DNA of 64,000 bases from a virus (taxonomy: Duplodnaviria; Caudoviricetes): the IMG/VR virus record IMGVR_UViG_3300021963_000022; one strand, written 5' to 3'. Below, piece by piece: positions 39,254 to 49,030 of this stretch. The position numbers were made by a program, and so were the translations under genes. Under the pieces are notes generated by a model. That model saw only the letters and a list, made by a program, of their open reading frames with translations, was not told where the DNA came from and did not search any database. Positions within the stretch are counted from its first letter, which is position 1; every line of letters starts with the position of its first letter.

Positions 39254-39760
39254 ATGCATGTAGATAAACATAGTAGGCAAATTCTAACTGAACAAGATTT
39301 ATGCAATCTGTATATGTCTGATCCTACACGTTCAATCAGAAATGCATTAGTTGATACTACTATAGATTTTTCAGATATATTGGGTATTACAAATTTACCT
39401 ACAATTACTCAATATCAACCTGAAGATATATCAACAATCGAATTTGATAATCGTAGTCAGAACAATTGGAATATGCCAACTGAATATAGTGAGTTAGATA
39501 TCGCTAAATTTGTGTTGGACCAATGTAAAACTGAAGAAGAATTACAACGTGCGGGAAAAGAACTAATAATGTTTCAAGAACGGGAGATGTTCCCGCTGTT
39601 ACAATATTTAAAGTATCTCGTAGATACAATGCGTAAGAATAATGTAATTTGGGGAGTAGGTAGAGGAAGTAGTGTATCTAGTTATGTTCTTTACCTAATA
39701 GGAGTACATAGGATAAATAGTTTGTTCTACGACCTTTCTATAGACGAATTTTTAAAATAA
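39254..39760 (+). CDS. dnaE: stand-alone fragment of DNA polymerase III alpha (C family)
   Basis: R..KEL...LLQYL..LVD....VIWGVGRGSSVSSYVLYLIGVHRIN..YDL..EFL matches the DnaE GPGRGSAAGSLVAY region. Confidence 0.8.
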   Translation: MHVDKHSRQILTEQDLCNLYMSDPTRSIRNALVDTTIDFSDILGITNLPTITQYQPEDISTIEFDNRSQNNWNMPTEYSELDIAKFVLDQCKTEEELQRAGKELIMFQEREMFPLLQYLKYLVDTMRKNNVIWGVGRGSSVSSYVLYLIGVHRINSLFYDLSIDEFLK

Positions 39761-39771
39761 GGAGAAAAATC

Positions 39772-40077
39772 ATGTCAATGTACAAATCAGCAAGAGGTAA
39801 AACAATTGATATGTCCACATTAGCTACAAAGAATGAAAAGACACGTGCTGTGGGCAATATGAATGTTAATGCAAGAGGGGATATTATTGATCCTCATGGT
39901 AAGATAGTACGTGATTCTACTAATAGAATCAAAAACTCTTACAATAAAACAGTTACTACTGCTCCTAACAATTTGAATCGATCACCTATTGAAGCAGATA
40001 AAACAATCGATAAAAACGAGTTGACTGCTGAAGAATTAGAATTTGAAGAAGATGATGACGAGGAAATTAAAAAGTGA
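39772..40077 (+). CDS. hypothetical protein
   Basis: AAGGAG RBS; acidic tail. Confidence 0.8.
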   Translation: MSMYKSARGKTIDMSTLATKNEKTRAVGNMNVNARGDIIDPHGKIVRDSTNRIKNSYNKTVTTAPNNLNRSPIEADKTIDKNELTAEELEFEEDDDEEIKK

Positions 40078-40442
40078 AATTAGCATTTGAACCACATAGA
40101 TTCAACAAGGATCAATTTAAACCATTAGGTGAACATGTCATTGTATATGACATGACATTTGATGAACGTATCACGCACAGTGGTATCATTTTACCAAACG
40201 ATGATATGAAGTCATCAGGTATCAGACCTCGTTGGGCGCAGATTTATGCAGTAGGACCCGATCAAACTGATCCTGAATTAGTTCCGGGTAAATGGATCTG
40301 TATATCACACGGAAGATGGACTCGAGGTGTCGATATTGAAGATGAAACGGGCAAACACACCATACGCAGAGTAGATATTAATGATATACTACTTGTAAGT
40401 GACGAGCCCGTCTACGATTTAACAATGAGTGACAAAGTATAA
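40074..40442 (+). CDS. groES: GroES-like co-chaperonin
   Basis: KPLGEHVIV, SGIILP mobile loop, IYAVGP, DILLV; GTG start. Confidence 0.8.
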   Translation: MKLAFEPHRFNKDQFKPLGEHVIVYDMTFDERITHSGIILPNDDMKSSGIRPRWAQIYAVGPDQTDPELVPGKWICISHGRWTRGVDIEDETGKHTIRRVDINDILLVSDEPVYDLTMSDKV

Positions 40443-40451
40443 AGGAACACA

Positions 40452-40754
40452 ATGATAAACTGGTTAAGATTAAAACTACATAATTTTATTTTTCCACAGG
40501 ATATTAATGAGGTGGTAGAATCAAAACATCCTTCTACTAGAAGAGGTGTTGCCCTTGTTAGTCGCGGCTCACACCTCGATAGTAGAGGTATGAATTTTAC
40601 AATTCATATGGCTAATGGTGGTTATGTATTGGAGTATTCATCGTATAATGAGAAAACAGACAGGCACGATACCGCACTACATATTATCAATAGTGAAACT
40701 GATTTAGGTCAAGGTATTGCACACGTTATTACATTGGAAATGTTAAAAAAATGA
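40452..40754 (+). CDS. hypothetical protein
   Basis: AAGGA RBS; 100 aa. Confidence 0.8.
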   Translation: MINWLRLKLHNFIFPQDINEVVESKHPSTRRGVALVSRGSHLDSRGMNFTIHMANGGYVLEYSSYNEKTDRHDTALHIINSETDLGQGIAHVITLEMLKK

Positions 40755-41674
40755 AGAATCAACTATGGGTTGAGAAGTATCGTCCTAATATAATTGAGGA
40801 CTATGTTTTTGTAGATGACAATCAACGACAACAGGTTACTGGCTGGGTTAAGACTCAGAGTATCCCTCACTTGTTGTTGAGTGGTGAGCCAGGTACAGGT
40901 AAGACCACACTAGCAAAAATATTGATTAATGAACTAGGTATTAATGAATACGATACACTAGAAATCAATGCTTCACGTGAAAATAGTGTTGACGTTGTAC
41001 GTGACAAAATTTTAGGATTTGTGCAAACAATGCCATTTGGTAAGTTTAAAGTCGTATTATTAGATGAAGCTGATTACTTGACCCCAGCTGGTCAGGCAGC
41101 ATTGCGTAATGATATGGAAGCGTATCATATGACTGCACGATTCATTCTAACATGTAACTATCAGCATCGTATTATACCAGCACTTAAGAGCAGATGTCAT
41201 GAGTTTCACATCACAAAGACAGACAGAACAGAGTTTACTACACGTGCGGCAAAAGTGTTGTTAACTGAGGGTGTTGAATTTGATTTAGATGTATTGGATA
41301 ACTATATACGTGCTACATATCCAGACTTACGTAAGTGTTTGAATCAACTTCAAGTCAACAGTAGTACTGGTAAACTTATCAATACATCCACTACAACAGA
41401 CGGAGAAGACAGTTTGTTAGCAGAAGCTACACAGTTGTTTAAGTCCGGTAAGATTATTGAAGGTCGTCAACAACTACTTCAATATCTTGCGTTGTATCCA
41501 AGTCGTATTGAAGATACATACAGATGGATGTACGAAAATTTAGATTTGTGGGGAAATTCACAAGAACGCAAAGATGCGTCAGTTATTATAATTCGTAATG
41601 GTTTGGCAAACTTAAGTCTTGTGGGTATTCCAGAAATCAATCTAGCAGCCACAATTATTGAACTTACCAGTTAA
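40751..41674 (+). CDS. gp44: clamp loader AAA+ subunit (gp44/RFC-small-like)
   Basis: WVEKYRP, GEPGTGKTT, LDEAD, SRC motif, DLRK. Confidence 0.9.
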   Translation: MKNQLWVEKYRPNIIEDYVFVDDNQRQQVTGWVKTQSIPHLLLSGEPGTGKTTLAKILINELGINEYDTLEINASRENSVDVVRDKILGFVQTMPFGKFKVVLLDEADYLTPAGQAALRNDMEAYHMTARFILTCNYQHRIIPALKSRCHEFHITKTDRTEFTTRAAKVLLTEGVEFDLDVLDNYIRATYPDLRKCLNQLQVNSSTGKLINTSTTTDGEDSLLAEATQLFKSGKIIEGRQQLLQYLALYPSRIEDTYRWMYENLDLWGNSQERKDASVIIIRNGLANLSLVGIPEINLAATIIELTS

Positions 41675-41682
41675 GGAAAAAC

Positions 41683-41934
41683 ATGAGATATTTTTTAGTT
41701 ACATATACCACCAAAGCAGGTGGACAGATCGATGAAGTTGTTAGTGTTAGTAAAAATACTAGACCAAATGACATTCAGACTTGTAATGTGATTATGGATT
41801 ACAAGAATCGGAGAGTAGATAAGTGTGTTATTGAAGGAAAGAAAGTAGATACTGATTGGGAAAAGTTAGATGCCTATTATAGGCAATTATACCCTAACAT
41901 TATTGAACGGTTAGAAGCAGAAGCTAAAACATAA
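41683..41934 (+). CDS. hypothetical protein
   Basis: AAGGA RBS; 83 aa. Confidence 0.8.
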   Translation: MRYFLVTYTTKAGGQIDEVVSVSKNTRPNDIQTCNVIMDYKNRRVDKCVIEGKKVDTDWEKLDAYYRQLYPNIIERLEAEAKT

Positions 41935-41958
41935 AAGAGGGCTTTCGCCCTCTTTTTT
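41933..41958. terminator. bidirectional terminator
   Basis: AAAAGAGGGC-TTTC-GCCCTCTTTT between convergent genes. Confidence 0.85.
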
Positions 41959-42739
41959 ATAAGTACAATTTAAGTACATGCTCAATTATCTTGTGTCTTT
42001 GAACATCTTTCAGCTCAAAGTGGCACTGTTGCAACCCTGGAATCACCCCCTTCCTCAATCGATTTTGTAAGTCTAGTAGCCCATTGTCGGCTGTTTTTCT
42101 ATCGGCTTGTTCAATGTCGCCAGTAATTACAATCTTACTACCAACGCCGATTCTAGTCATAATCATTTTGAGTTGACCAGGTGTTGCATTTTGAGCTTCA
42201 TCTAATATTATATAGCTATTTTTAAAGTTTCGACCTCGACAGAATGCTAGGGGTGCAATTTCAACTATCTGTTCTTCTAGCATGTGGGCGATTTCCGCTG
42301 CCGTATAATATTCACGTAAAACATCAAGTAAAGGTCTTGTCCATGGTTCCATCTTTTGATTAAGATCACCTGGCAAGAATCCATGCTTTTCATCGTCTAC
42401 ACCCACTGCCGGGCGTGTTAAGATAATACGATCTACCTCACCTGCTTTTAATGACTTAATAGCAGCCAGCATTGCAAGATACGTTTTACCTGTCCCAGCC
42501 GGTCCTCCAACCACAACTATATCAGTATCTTTATCTAAAAGAGCTAGAATGTATTTTTCTTGATTTAAAGATTTGGGTACCAGTTGTATCGGTCTACGGT
42601 CTAGTTTGATGCGACTTTGGTCAAAATTGATTGTTTTGCTTTCTTGTTTATAGAATGTTTGTGGATCATGTTTTTTACTGTGTGAATAACGTGTGTCTTG
42701 TTCTTGTTTGCGTAATGCGCCTGTTTTGCGTTTGCTCAA
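41957..42739 (-). CDS. phoH: PhoH-like ATPase
   Basis: GPAGTGKT, LTRP, GFLPG, PLAFCRGR, DEAQN, TRIG and GD.EQ.D; TTG start after AAGGAG. Confidence 0.95.
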   Translation of the reverse strand: MSKRKTGALRKQEQDTRYSHSKKHDPQTFYKQESKTINFDQSRIKLDRRPIQLVPKSLNQEKYILALLDKDTDIVVVGGPAGTGKTYLAMLAAIKSLKAGEVDRIILTRPAVGVDDEKHGFLPGDLNQKMEPWTRPLLDVLREYYTAAEIAHMLEEQIVEIAPLAFCRGRNFKNSYIILDEAQNATPGQLKMIMTRIGVGSKIVITGDIEQADRKTADNGLLDLQNRLRKGVIPGLQQCHFELKDVQRHKIIEHVLKLYL

Positions 42740-42908
42740 AGTATTCTCCTTTGTATCGAGCCGAGTTCTCATAACACTCAAGTCTATTTACATCCATATG
42801 GATCATGCAATATAGAGTAGTTTTTAAGTAATGAAAAACGATAAATATTAGGCTCAGTCCGTTTTTTGATTATCAATACAATGTGTTGATAAAAGATAAA
42901 TACTAATT

Positions 42909-43538
42909 ATGAGCAAACTTCCAGCAGACGATTTCTTTACCAACATTGATTACCCTAGTATTATAGATACTGTCAAGGGTATATATACCAGTGATGCTTC
43001 CATTAACACTTTATTAGATTTTGAACGTGTTTTGGATGAAGCTGACTTGTATGCATACAAAAACTGGGGACTAGGTGAACTAGTAGACGGTCCGGACAGT
43101 AAACGATATAGTGTTTCTTGCATTTTTATGTATCCTGAAAAACTAATGCCAGACCCAAGAGGTGGCAAACGTTTAATAAATTTAGGATGCACTATACAGT
43201 TTAAGAAAACTACAATTAAAGTACCAGTAGATATAAAGACTCCTGAAGACTATAAACCAGGAACACATTACCCTAAACTAACTGAGCGCATGGTTTGGTT
43301 AGTTAGAATTGAAATCCCTAGAGAATTGATGAATGATATCCGTGAGGGTAGTATTGATTTAGCAGACCAAACTATTGACCTAGAAGAACTAGATAGTGCA
43401 TACGATGATGATTTAGATAAAGAAGGTTTAGAGGGTGAAGAGGGCAAAGCACCCGCAGATCAAATGGGAGGCATGCCAGCACCCGGAGGACCTGCATTAC
43501 CAGTAGGCGGACAAATTCCCCTAGGCGGAGGTCTATAA
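42909..43538 (+). CDS. hypothetical late protein
   Basis: Two GATAAATA boxes at 42840-47 and 42895-902. Confidence 0.8.
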   Translation: MSKLPADDFFTNIDYPSIIDTVKGIYTSDASINTLLDFERVLDEADLYAYKNWGLGELVDGPDSKRYSVSCIFMYPEKLMPDPRGGKRLINLGCTIQFKKTTIKVPVDIKTPEDYKPGTHYPKLTERMVWLVRIEIPRELMNDIREGSIDLADQTIDLEELDSAYDDDLDKEGLEGEEGKAPADQMGGMPAPGGPALPVGGQIPLGGGL

Positions 43539-44077
43539 TGAGAAAAATTATTAATGAAACATTAGATTACCATGATTTAGAAAACATGGTAGTACCTATA
43601 GCAACAATAGATAAGTATGAAGCTAAAATGGGCGATGATGACGAAATCGTTACAGTGACTTTCACGGTTAAGGGCAAACAAGTTGCAGAAGATTTAGTAG
43701 ATTGGTTAGAGCGTGGTTATGACTATGTACTAGATGCACAAACAAGCGAAGGTGAAGTAAGTCCAGGCAAATATTTAGTATTTGTTGAAATGGATCGTAG
43801 AACAAGAACACCTGAACGTATTATTGAAATGATAGAAGATATGGATACATTAACTGATCTTTCTTTAAAAGATTGGTCTGTAATCATTGACGAAGAAGAA
43901 CATGAAGTTACTGTGGAATTATTAAAATCTAAAATAATACTAAGTCCACATGAGTATAGAAAATTAAAAGAAACGGATCTCAATGAGATGCGTAGTCGTG
44001 CTGGATTAGAACCGCACAATGTGTATTTTGAAAAAGATAACATACTAAAAGATTTTATAGCAAAAGCTGGATTATAA
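43538..44077 (+). CDS. hypothetical, candidate head protein
   Basis: MRKIINE leader; TAATG-coupled. Confidence 0.75.
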   Translation: MRKIINETLDYHDLENMVVPIATIDKYEAKMGDDDEIVTVTFTVKGKQVAEDLVDWLERGYDYVLDAQTSEGEVSPGKYLVFVEMDRRTRTPERIIEMIEDMDTLTDLSLKDWSVIIDEEEHEVTVELLKSKIILSPHEYRKLKETDLNEMRSRAGLEPHNVYFEKDNILKDFIAKAGL

Positions 44078-44087
44078 GGAGAACATA

Positions 44088-44696
44088 ATGGCGCAAACGC
44101 TACTAGCAAGAAAATCGGGACCACAAGACAATACAATTGCAAAAGATGACGATCACTATGAGCAATTAGCGGCAGATCCTACTGTTAGTGAGTTTTCGAA
44201 AAATAGTAGTTTTGGAGGTTCAAGTAATGCATTCAGTACATCAGCAATCGGTAGTTCAACAGGAGACTTTGGCTCATTTGGTTCACCAACCACAAACAAT
44301 TTTGGATCACAACCATATGGCAGCAGAGGCGGCTTTGGTAGCAATTCAAACTTTGGAGCGGGAGCGAATTCATCTGGATCGACACCAAATCTTACACAAG
44401 CAGGATCAAATGCCGCACAAGGGGCAGACGTATTAGTAGCTAATGACAATACTGATTGGATTAACAAAAAATGGCGTCCAGTTATGGGCTGGGTATATAT
44501 GTTAACTTGTACAGTTGACTTTGTTATATTCCCGGTATTATGGAGTTTATTACAAGCATTAAGTAAAGGTTCAGTAACAAGCCAGTGGCAACCATTAACA
44601 TTACAGGGTGCTGGTCTTTACCACATTGCTATGGGTGCAGTTCTAGGTATCGCCGCGTACGGTAGAACAAAAGAAAAAATTGAGGGTAAATCTTAA
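44088..44696 (+). CDS. 3-TM holin family protein with long G/S-rich N-terminus
   Basis: WRPVMGWVYM..DFVIFP.LW, WQPLTLQGAGLYHIAMGAVLGIAAYGRT.EK. Confidence 0.75.
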   Translation: MAQTLLARKSGPQDNTIAKDDDHYEQLAADPTVSEFSKNSSFGGSSNAFSTSAIGSSTGDFGSFGSPTTNNFGSQPYGSRGGFGSNSNFGAGANSSGSTPNLTQAGSNAAQGADVLVANDNTDWINKKWRPVMGWVYMLTCTVDFVIFPVLWSLLQALSKGSVTSQWQPLTLQGAGLYHIAMGAVLGIAAYGRTKEKIEGKS

Positions 44697-44697
44697 T

Positions 44698-44725
44698 TTG
44701 ACTTTTAACACTAAGGTGTTATAAT
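44698..44725 (+). promoter_or_regulatory. sigma70-like promoter with extended -10
   Basis: TTGACT-16 nt-TATAAT, with TGn before the -10. Confidence 0.65.
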
Positions 44726-44731
44726 TATCTG

Positions 44732-45496
44732 ATGGATCATTATCAAATTTTAGGGGTAGCAAAAAACGCTACTCCTGACGAAGTAAAAAAAGCATATCGT
44801 AGACTTGCAAGTATTCATCACCCGGATAAGGGCGGTGATACTGCCCAGTTCCAAAAAATTCAAGTAGCATATGACACATTAAGCGACCCGCAGAAAAAAC
44901 AAGACTATGACAATCCACATGCACAAGGTTTCCCCGGTGGATTTCACTTCTCTAACCAAGGATTTAACATCAACGATTTATTCGGTCAAATGTTTAGTCA
45001 GAGACAACAACCTTCTAATCCAACCTACAAAACCGATGTATGGATATCATTGGAACAGGTGTACACTAGCGGAGAACAGGTATTACATTTCAATGGTAAT
45101 AACCTTAACCAAACCATAAGGGTAGAAATACCACAAGGTATAGAAAACGGTCAACAAATACGCTATGAAAATATGCTTCCTAACGCTATACTTATAGTAG
45201 AGTTTAGAGTTAAACCTCATCATAAATTTGAAAGAAGAGGTATGAACTTGTACTCTACACACAAAATAAGTGTTTTGGATCTAATCGTAGGTGATAGCTT
45301 TGAGTTTACTACTATCAGTGGTAAAACTTTAGCAGTAACAGTTAACCCAAAAACACAACCTGGAAGTTTACTACGTATTTCGGGACAGGGTTTAATTAGA
45401 AATGGTATAGCAGGGGACCAAATGATCTTGCTTGATCCATTCATTCCTGATATAATTGACAGTTCTATCACTAATAGCATTATTGCTAGTAAATAA
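44732..45496 (+). CDS. dnaJ: DnaJ/CbpA-type co-chaperone (no Zn finger)
   Basis: J domain with HPDKGG, short G/F region, DnaJ C-terminal motifs. Confidence 0.9.
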   Translation: MDHYQILGVAKNATPDEVKKAYRRLASIHHPDKGGDTAQFQKIQVAYDTLSDPQKKQDYDNPHAQGFPGGFHFSNQGFNINDLFGQMFSQRQQPSNPTYKTDVWISLEQVYTSGEQVLHFNGNNLNQTIRVEIPQGIENGQQIRYENMLPNAILIVEFRVKPHHKFERRGMNLYSTHKISVLDLIVGDSFEFTTISGKTLAVTVNPKTQPGSLLRISGQGLIRNGIAGDQMILLDPFIPDIIDSSITNSIIASK

Positions 45497-45514
45497 CTTA
45501 AAAGAGGTAACATA

Positions 45515-47791
45515 ATGAATCATAGCCCAGAAATTGAACATATTATTGAACAGGCAATAGGCCTAGCAAAAGTTCGTAGACATGAATATTGCACTATTGA
45601 ACATTTATTATTGTCTCTAATAACATATTCACCCTTTAGTAAAGTTTTAGACGACTTTGGAGTTGATACTGCAACTATGGTTAAAGATGTAAGTGGATAC
45701 CTAGATAACCAACGTAGTATTGAAGCATCTTCTGATATTGAACAAGAAATTCAACCACGTAAAACAAATAGCTTAGAACGTGTAATGAATCGTTCGGTAA
45801 CACAAGTATTGTTTACTGGTCGTAAATTTGTTACAACTATTGATTTGTATCTTAGCATCAGTAACGAAACAAATACACACGCACATTACTTCTTCTTAAA
45901 GTATGGTATTAATAAAAACGAATTTATACCATTCTGGCAAAAATACTACAAAAACAATGAAGGCGAAGCACCATTAACTACCGATCGGGCTGATGAAATC
46001 TTGGAAGAATATACAACCAACTTAACTGATTTGGCCCGTCAAGGTAAACTTGAACCAATGATAGGTCGTACTAAAGAAGTAGATGACATAGTTAACGTTC
46101 TTGCTAAACGATTTAAATCAAATGTATTGATGGTAGGTGATCCTGGTGTAGGTAAAACTGCAATTGCAGAAGGTCTAGCAAGTAAAATCATCAACGATGA
46201 GGTACCCAAGTTCTTAAAGGATCATGAGTTGTATTCGCTTGAAGTGGGATCATTACTTGCTGGTTCTAAATATCGTGGTGACTTTGAAGAAAAGATTAAA
46301 TCGGTACTAGAAGCATTAGTTACTAAAAAGAAAGCAGTACTATTCATTGATGAAGCGCATACTATGAAAGGCAGTGGTTCAGCTAACAATGGTAGTGTTG
46401 ACTTTGCTAACATGATTAAACCGGCTATTACTAAAGGTAACTTGAAAGTTATTGCTAGCACTACTTGGGAAGAGTACTATGAATCATTTGAGAAGGATCG
46501 TGCATTGATGCGTAGATTCTATCGTGTGGGCGTAGATGAGCCGGATCGTGATTCTACTATTCGTATCCTTAAAGGTCTAAGCACACGATTGAATGACTTC
46601 CACTCAGTAAACATTACCGATGATGCAATTACAGCGGCAGTTGATAGTGCTACACGTTATATGCATGACCGTAAGAATCCTGACAAATCCATAGATTTGA
46701 TTGACGCGGCTTGTGCCAAACAACGTGTATTAGGTAATCAACAAGTAGATATTACAAAAGAGTTAGTATATGAACAAGTTGAACGCATGACTAAAGTTCC
46801 TGCTGATAAACTAAACAGTGATAGTTATGAACGTATCTTTAGTTTAGAAGCTAACATTAAGAATAAGCTTTATGGTCAAGAAGATACAGTTGATAAAGTA
46901 CTTGAGCGTATCTATGTGTCGTTTGCAGGTATCGGTAATCAAACACGACCAATGAGTAGTTTTTTGTTCTTAGGCCCGACTGGTACAGGTAAAACTGAAC
47001 TAGCTAGATTATTGAGTAGTAGTTTAGATATGCCCTTACTCAAATATGATATGTCAGAGTATTCAGAGAAGTATTCAGTTTCTAGTTTGATTGGTCCCCC
47101 ACCGGGTTATGTTGGATTCAATGATAGCCAAGTATCAGGTGGACGATTGATTAATGACTTAAGCAAGAATCCTCACAGTATATTGTTGTTTGATGAAGTT
47201 GAAAAAGCTCATCCTGATATATTTAATATCTTCTTGCAGATGTTAGACGAAGGACGTATTACCGGATCTAATGGTAAAGAAGTTAACTGCAAGAATACTA
47301 TCATTATCTTAACAAGTAATTTAGGTGCAAGTGATAGTGAACGAAATCAGATCGGGTTTGGTAATCAAGAACGTACAGGTGATGATGACCGAGCATTAAA
47401 AGAGTTCTTCAAACCAGAGTTCCGTAATCGGTTAGATATGATATGTAAGTTCACTAAACTTGATATGTTGGCTATTAAGAAGATTGTTATCAAGTTTACC
47501 GATGAGTTGAAGAAATCGTTAAAAGAAAATAACGACATCACAATCAATCTGACTGAACCTGTAGTAGAATATCTAGCAGAGCATGGATATGATAGCAAGA
47601 TGGGTGCTAGACCATTGAGTAGAAAAATTGATGAACTTATTAGAGTTCCTTTAAGTAAGAAGATTCTATTTGATAGAATCAAAGGTGCACATATCAATAT
47701 CAATTTAGTAGATTACAAGATTATGTTTGATGTACAACCTAAATTAACAGCAACGGTGGGTGAGAATGGGATTATTGAAATCAGTCAGTGA
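45515..47791 (+). CDS. clpA: ClpA-like two-ring AAA+ ATPase
   Basis: Clp N domain (HLLLSL), GDPGVGKT, YRGDFEE, IDEAH, GPTGTGKT, GYVG, LFDEVEKAHP, IGF loop, GARPL; no ClpB M-domain insert apparent. Confidence 0.9.
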   Translation: MNHSPEIEHIIEQAIGLAKVRRHEYCTIEHLLLSLITYSPFSKVLDDFGVDTATMVKDVSGYLDNQRSIEASSDIEQEIQPRKTNSLERVMNRSVTQVLFTGRKFVTTIDLYLSISNETNTHAHYFFLKYGINKNEFIPFWQKYYKNNEGEAPLTTDRADEILEEYTTNLTDLARQGKLEPMIGRTKEVDDIVNVLAKRFKSNVLMVGDPGVGKTAIAEGLASKIINDEVPKFLKDHELYSLEVGSLLAGSKYRGDFEEKIKSVLEALVTKKKAVLFIDEAHTMKGSGSANNGSVDFANMIKPAITKGNLKVIASTTWEEYYESFEKDRALMRRFYRVGVDEPDRDSTIRILKGLSTRLNDFHSVNITDDAITAAVDSATRYMHDRKNPDKSIDLIDAACAKQRVLGNQQVDITKELVYEQVERMTKVPADKLNSDSYERIFSLEANIKNKLYGQEDTVDKVLERIYVSFAGIGNQTRPMSSFLFLGPTGTGKTELARLLSSSLDMPLLKYDMSEYSEKYSVSSLIGPPPGYVGFNDSQVSGGRLINDLSKNPHSILLFDEVEKAHPDIFNIFLQMLDEGRITGSNGKEVNCKNTIIILTSNLGASDSERNQIGFGNQERTGDDDRALKEFFKPEFRNRLDMICKFTKLDMLAIKKIVIKFTDELKKSLKENNDITINLTEPVVEYLAEHGYDSKMGARPLSRKIDELIRVPLSKKILFDRIKGAHININLVDYKIMFDVQPKLTATVGENGIIEISQ

Positions 47792-48494
47792 CGTTCCGGG
47801 TATTGATTTTTTCGATTACCGAGATGATAATTACTATGGTAAATATAAGTATAGAGTACGATTCACTATAGAGGGTATAAGATATGCCACATATGAAAAA
47901 AATATTGAAGGTTTAATAAAGCGATATAACGCTACCACAGGTTGGAAAAAAATCAGAAAAGAAGATTTACCTGTTGTAACTTTTAACTTAGAAGCTCTTA
48001 AACTGTTTATAGAACTTCGCAATTCTTTCAAAGAAAACGTTGCAGGAACAGTTAGAGTAGAACATAATAAAATAGCATTTTTTAGTAATGATTTAAGTTT
48101 GTTAAAAACTGTTGAGACCATTAAACCGGGAATATATTATGATTATACCGAAGTACAAACTAGCAATTTTATAGGGGTAAAGTCTTTTGTCAATAACCCC
48201 AAACATAGATTCAGAGTATATCTAAAATCTAAAAAAGTTGAAAATAATTTTGCTATACAACTGAATGATTTATTCAACCGTATTTCGGGATTACATCCTA
48301 GCCCGTCTTTAAAATATTGGGTAAAAGGGTCTACTGACGGTACATCACCTCATTGGAGTTGGCGTTATAGATTTACTAATCCTAATCATTTCATTGATTA
48401 TGATGATGAAAGCGTGTTAAGTTATCTATCATTAATGCATGGTGAATTTTTAGGAAAACGCTACAAATTAGAAAAACGACCTGAACCTATCTAA
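47766..48494 (+). CDS. hypothetical protein
   Basis: 242-aa ORF overlapping the clpA end. Confidence 0.75.
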   Translation: MGLLKSVSDVPGIDFFDYRDDNYYGKYKYRVRFTIEGIRYATYEKNIEGLIKRYNATTGWKKIRKEDLPVVTFNLEALKLFIELRNSFKENVAGTVRVEHNKIAFFSNDLSLLKTVETIKPGIYYDYTEVQTSNFIGVKSFVNNPKHRFRVYLKSKKVENNFAIQLNDLFNRISGLHPSPSLKYWVKGSTDGTSPHWSWRYRFTNPNHFIDYDDESVLSYLSLMHGEFLGKRYKLEKRPEPI

Positions 48495-48529
48495 AATGAT
48501 AAATACTCTATTACAATAGGGTATATACC

Positions 48530-48694
48530 ATGGCAAAGATTGTCGAAGATGTATTAGTCATCAAATTTAGCAGAATAGTTAAGGACAGTGATGAAGGTAC
48601 TAGCATAACTAGTGCTGAAATTCAGGCTGCATTAGAACAAGTCGCCCAAGAATTAGTAGGCGATTCCGTTGTTGTTGAAGTAGAAAGCGCATAA
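48530..48694 (+). CDS. 54-aa hypothetical protein missing from the ORF track
   Basis: GATAAATA 48498-505, AGGG RBS, MAKIVEDVLVIKFSR...VEVESA, TAATG-coupled to the next gene. Confidence 0.75.
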   Translation: MAKIVEDVLVIKFSRIVKDSDEGTSITSAEIQAALEQVAQELVGDSVVVEVESA

Positions 48695-49029
48695 TGAGCC
48701 AAGTTACTACAATAACATTATTACCACAGACGCCGCATACGTCGGGGCCTAATGTGACAGGTACTGCACAACCCGGAGCGGGCTATTACATAAATCATAA
48801 CTATCAAACATTCTCATGGAGTTTGACTAATTTCACAGGTCTTATTATAATACAAGCTACAATAGTAGATGAGCCTTCTGCTACTGATTGGATTAACATA
48901 TATACTATTAATGGTACTAATTTAACTCAAAGAAGTTTTACAAATATACGTGGTAATTTTACATACTTACGTGCTATAGCCGCCGGGTTTACTAATGGGT
49001 TAATTGATAACGTTAAGGTAGCATACTAA
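48694..49029 (+). CDS. probable small virion beta-sandwich protein
   Basis: Late operon position; beta-rich composition. Confidence 0.6.
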   Translation: MSQVTTITLLPQTPHTSGPNVTGTAQPGAGYYINHNYQTFSWSLTNFTGLIIIQATIVDEPSATDWINIYTINGTNLTQRSFTNIRGNFTYLRAIAAGFTNGLIDNVKVAY

Positions 49030-49030
49030 A

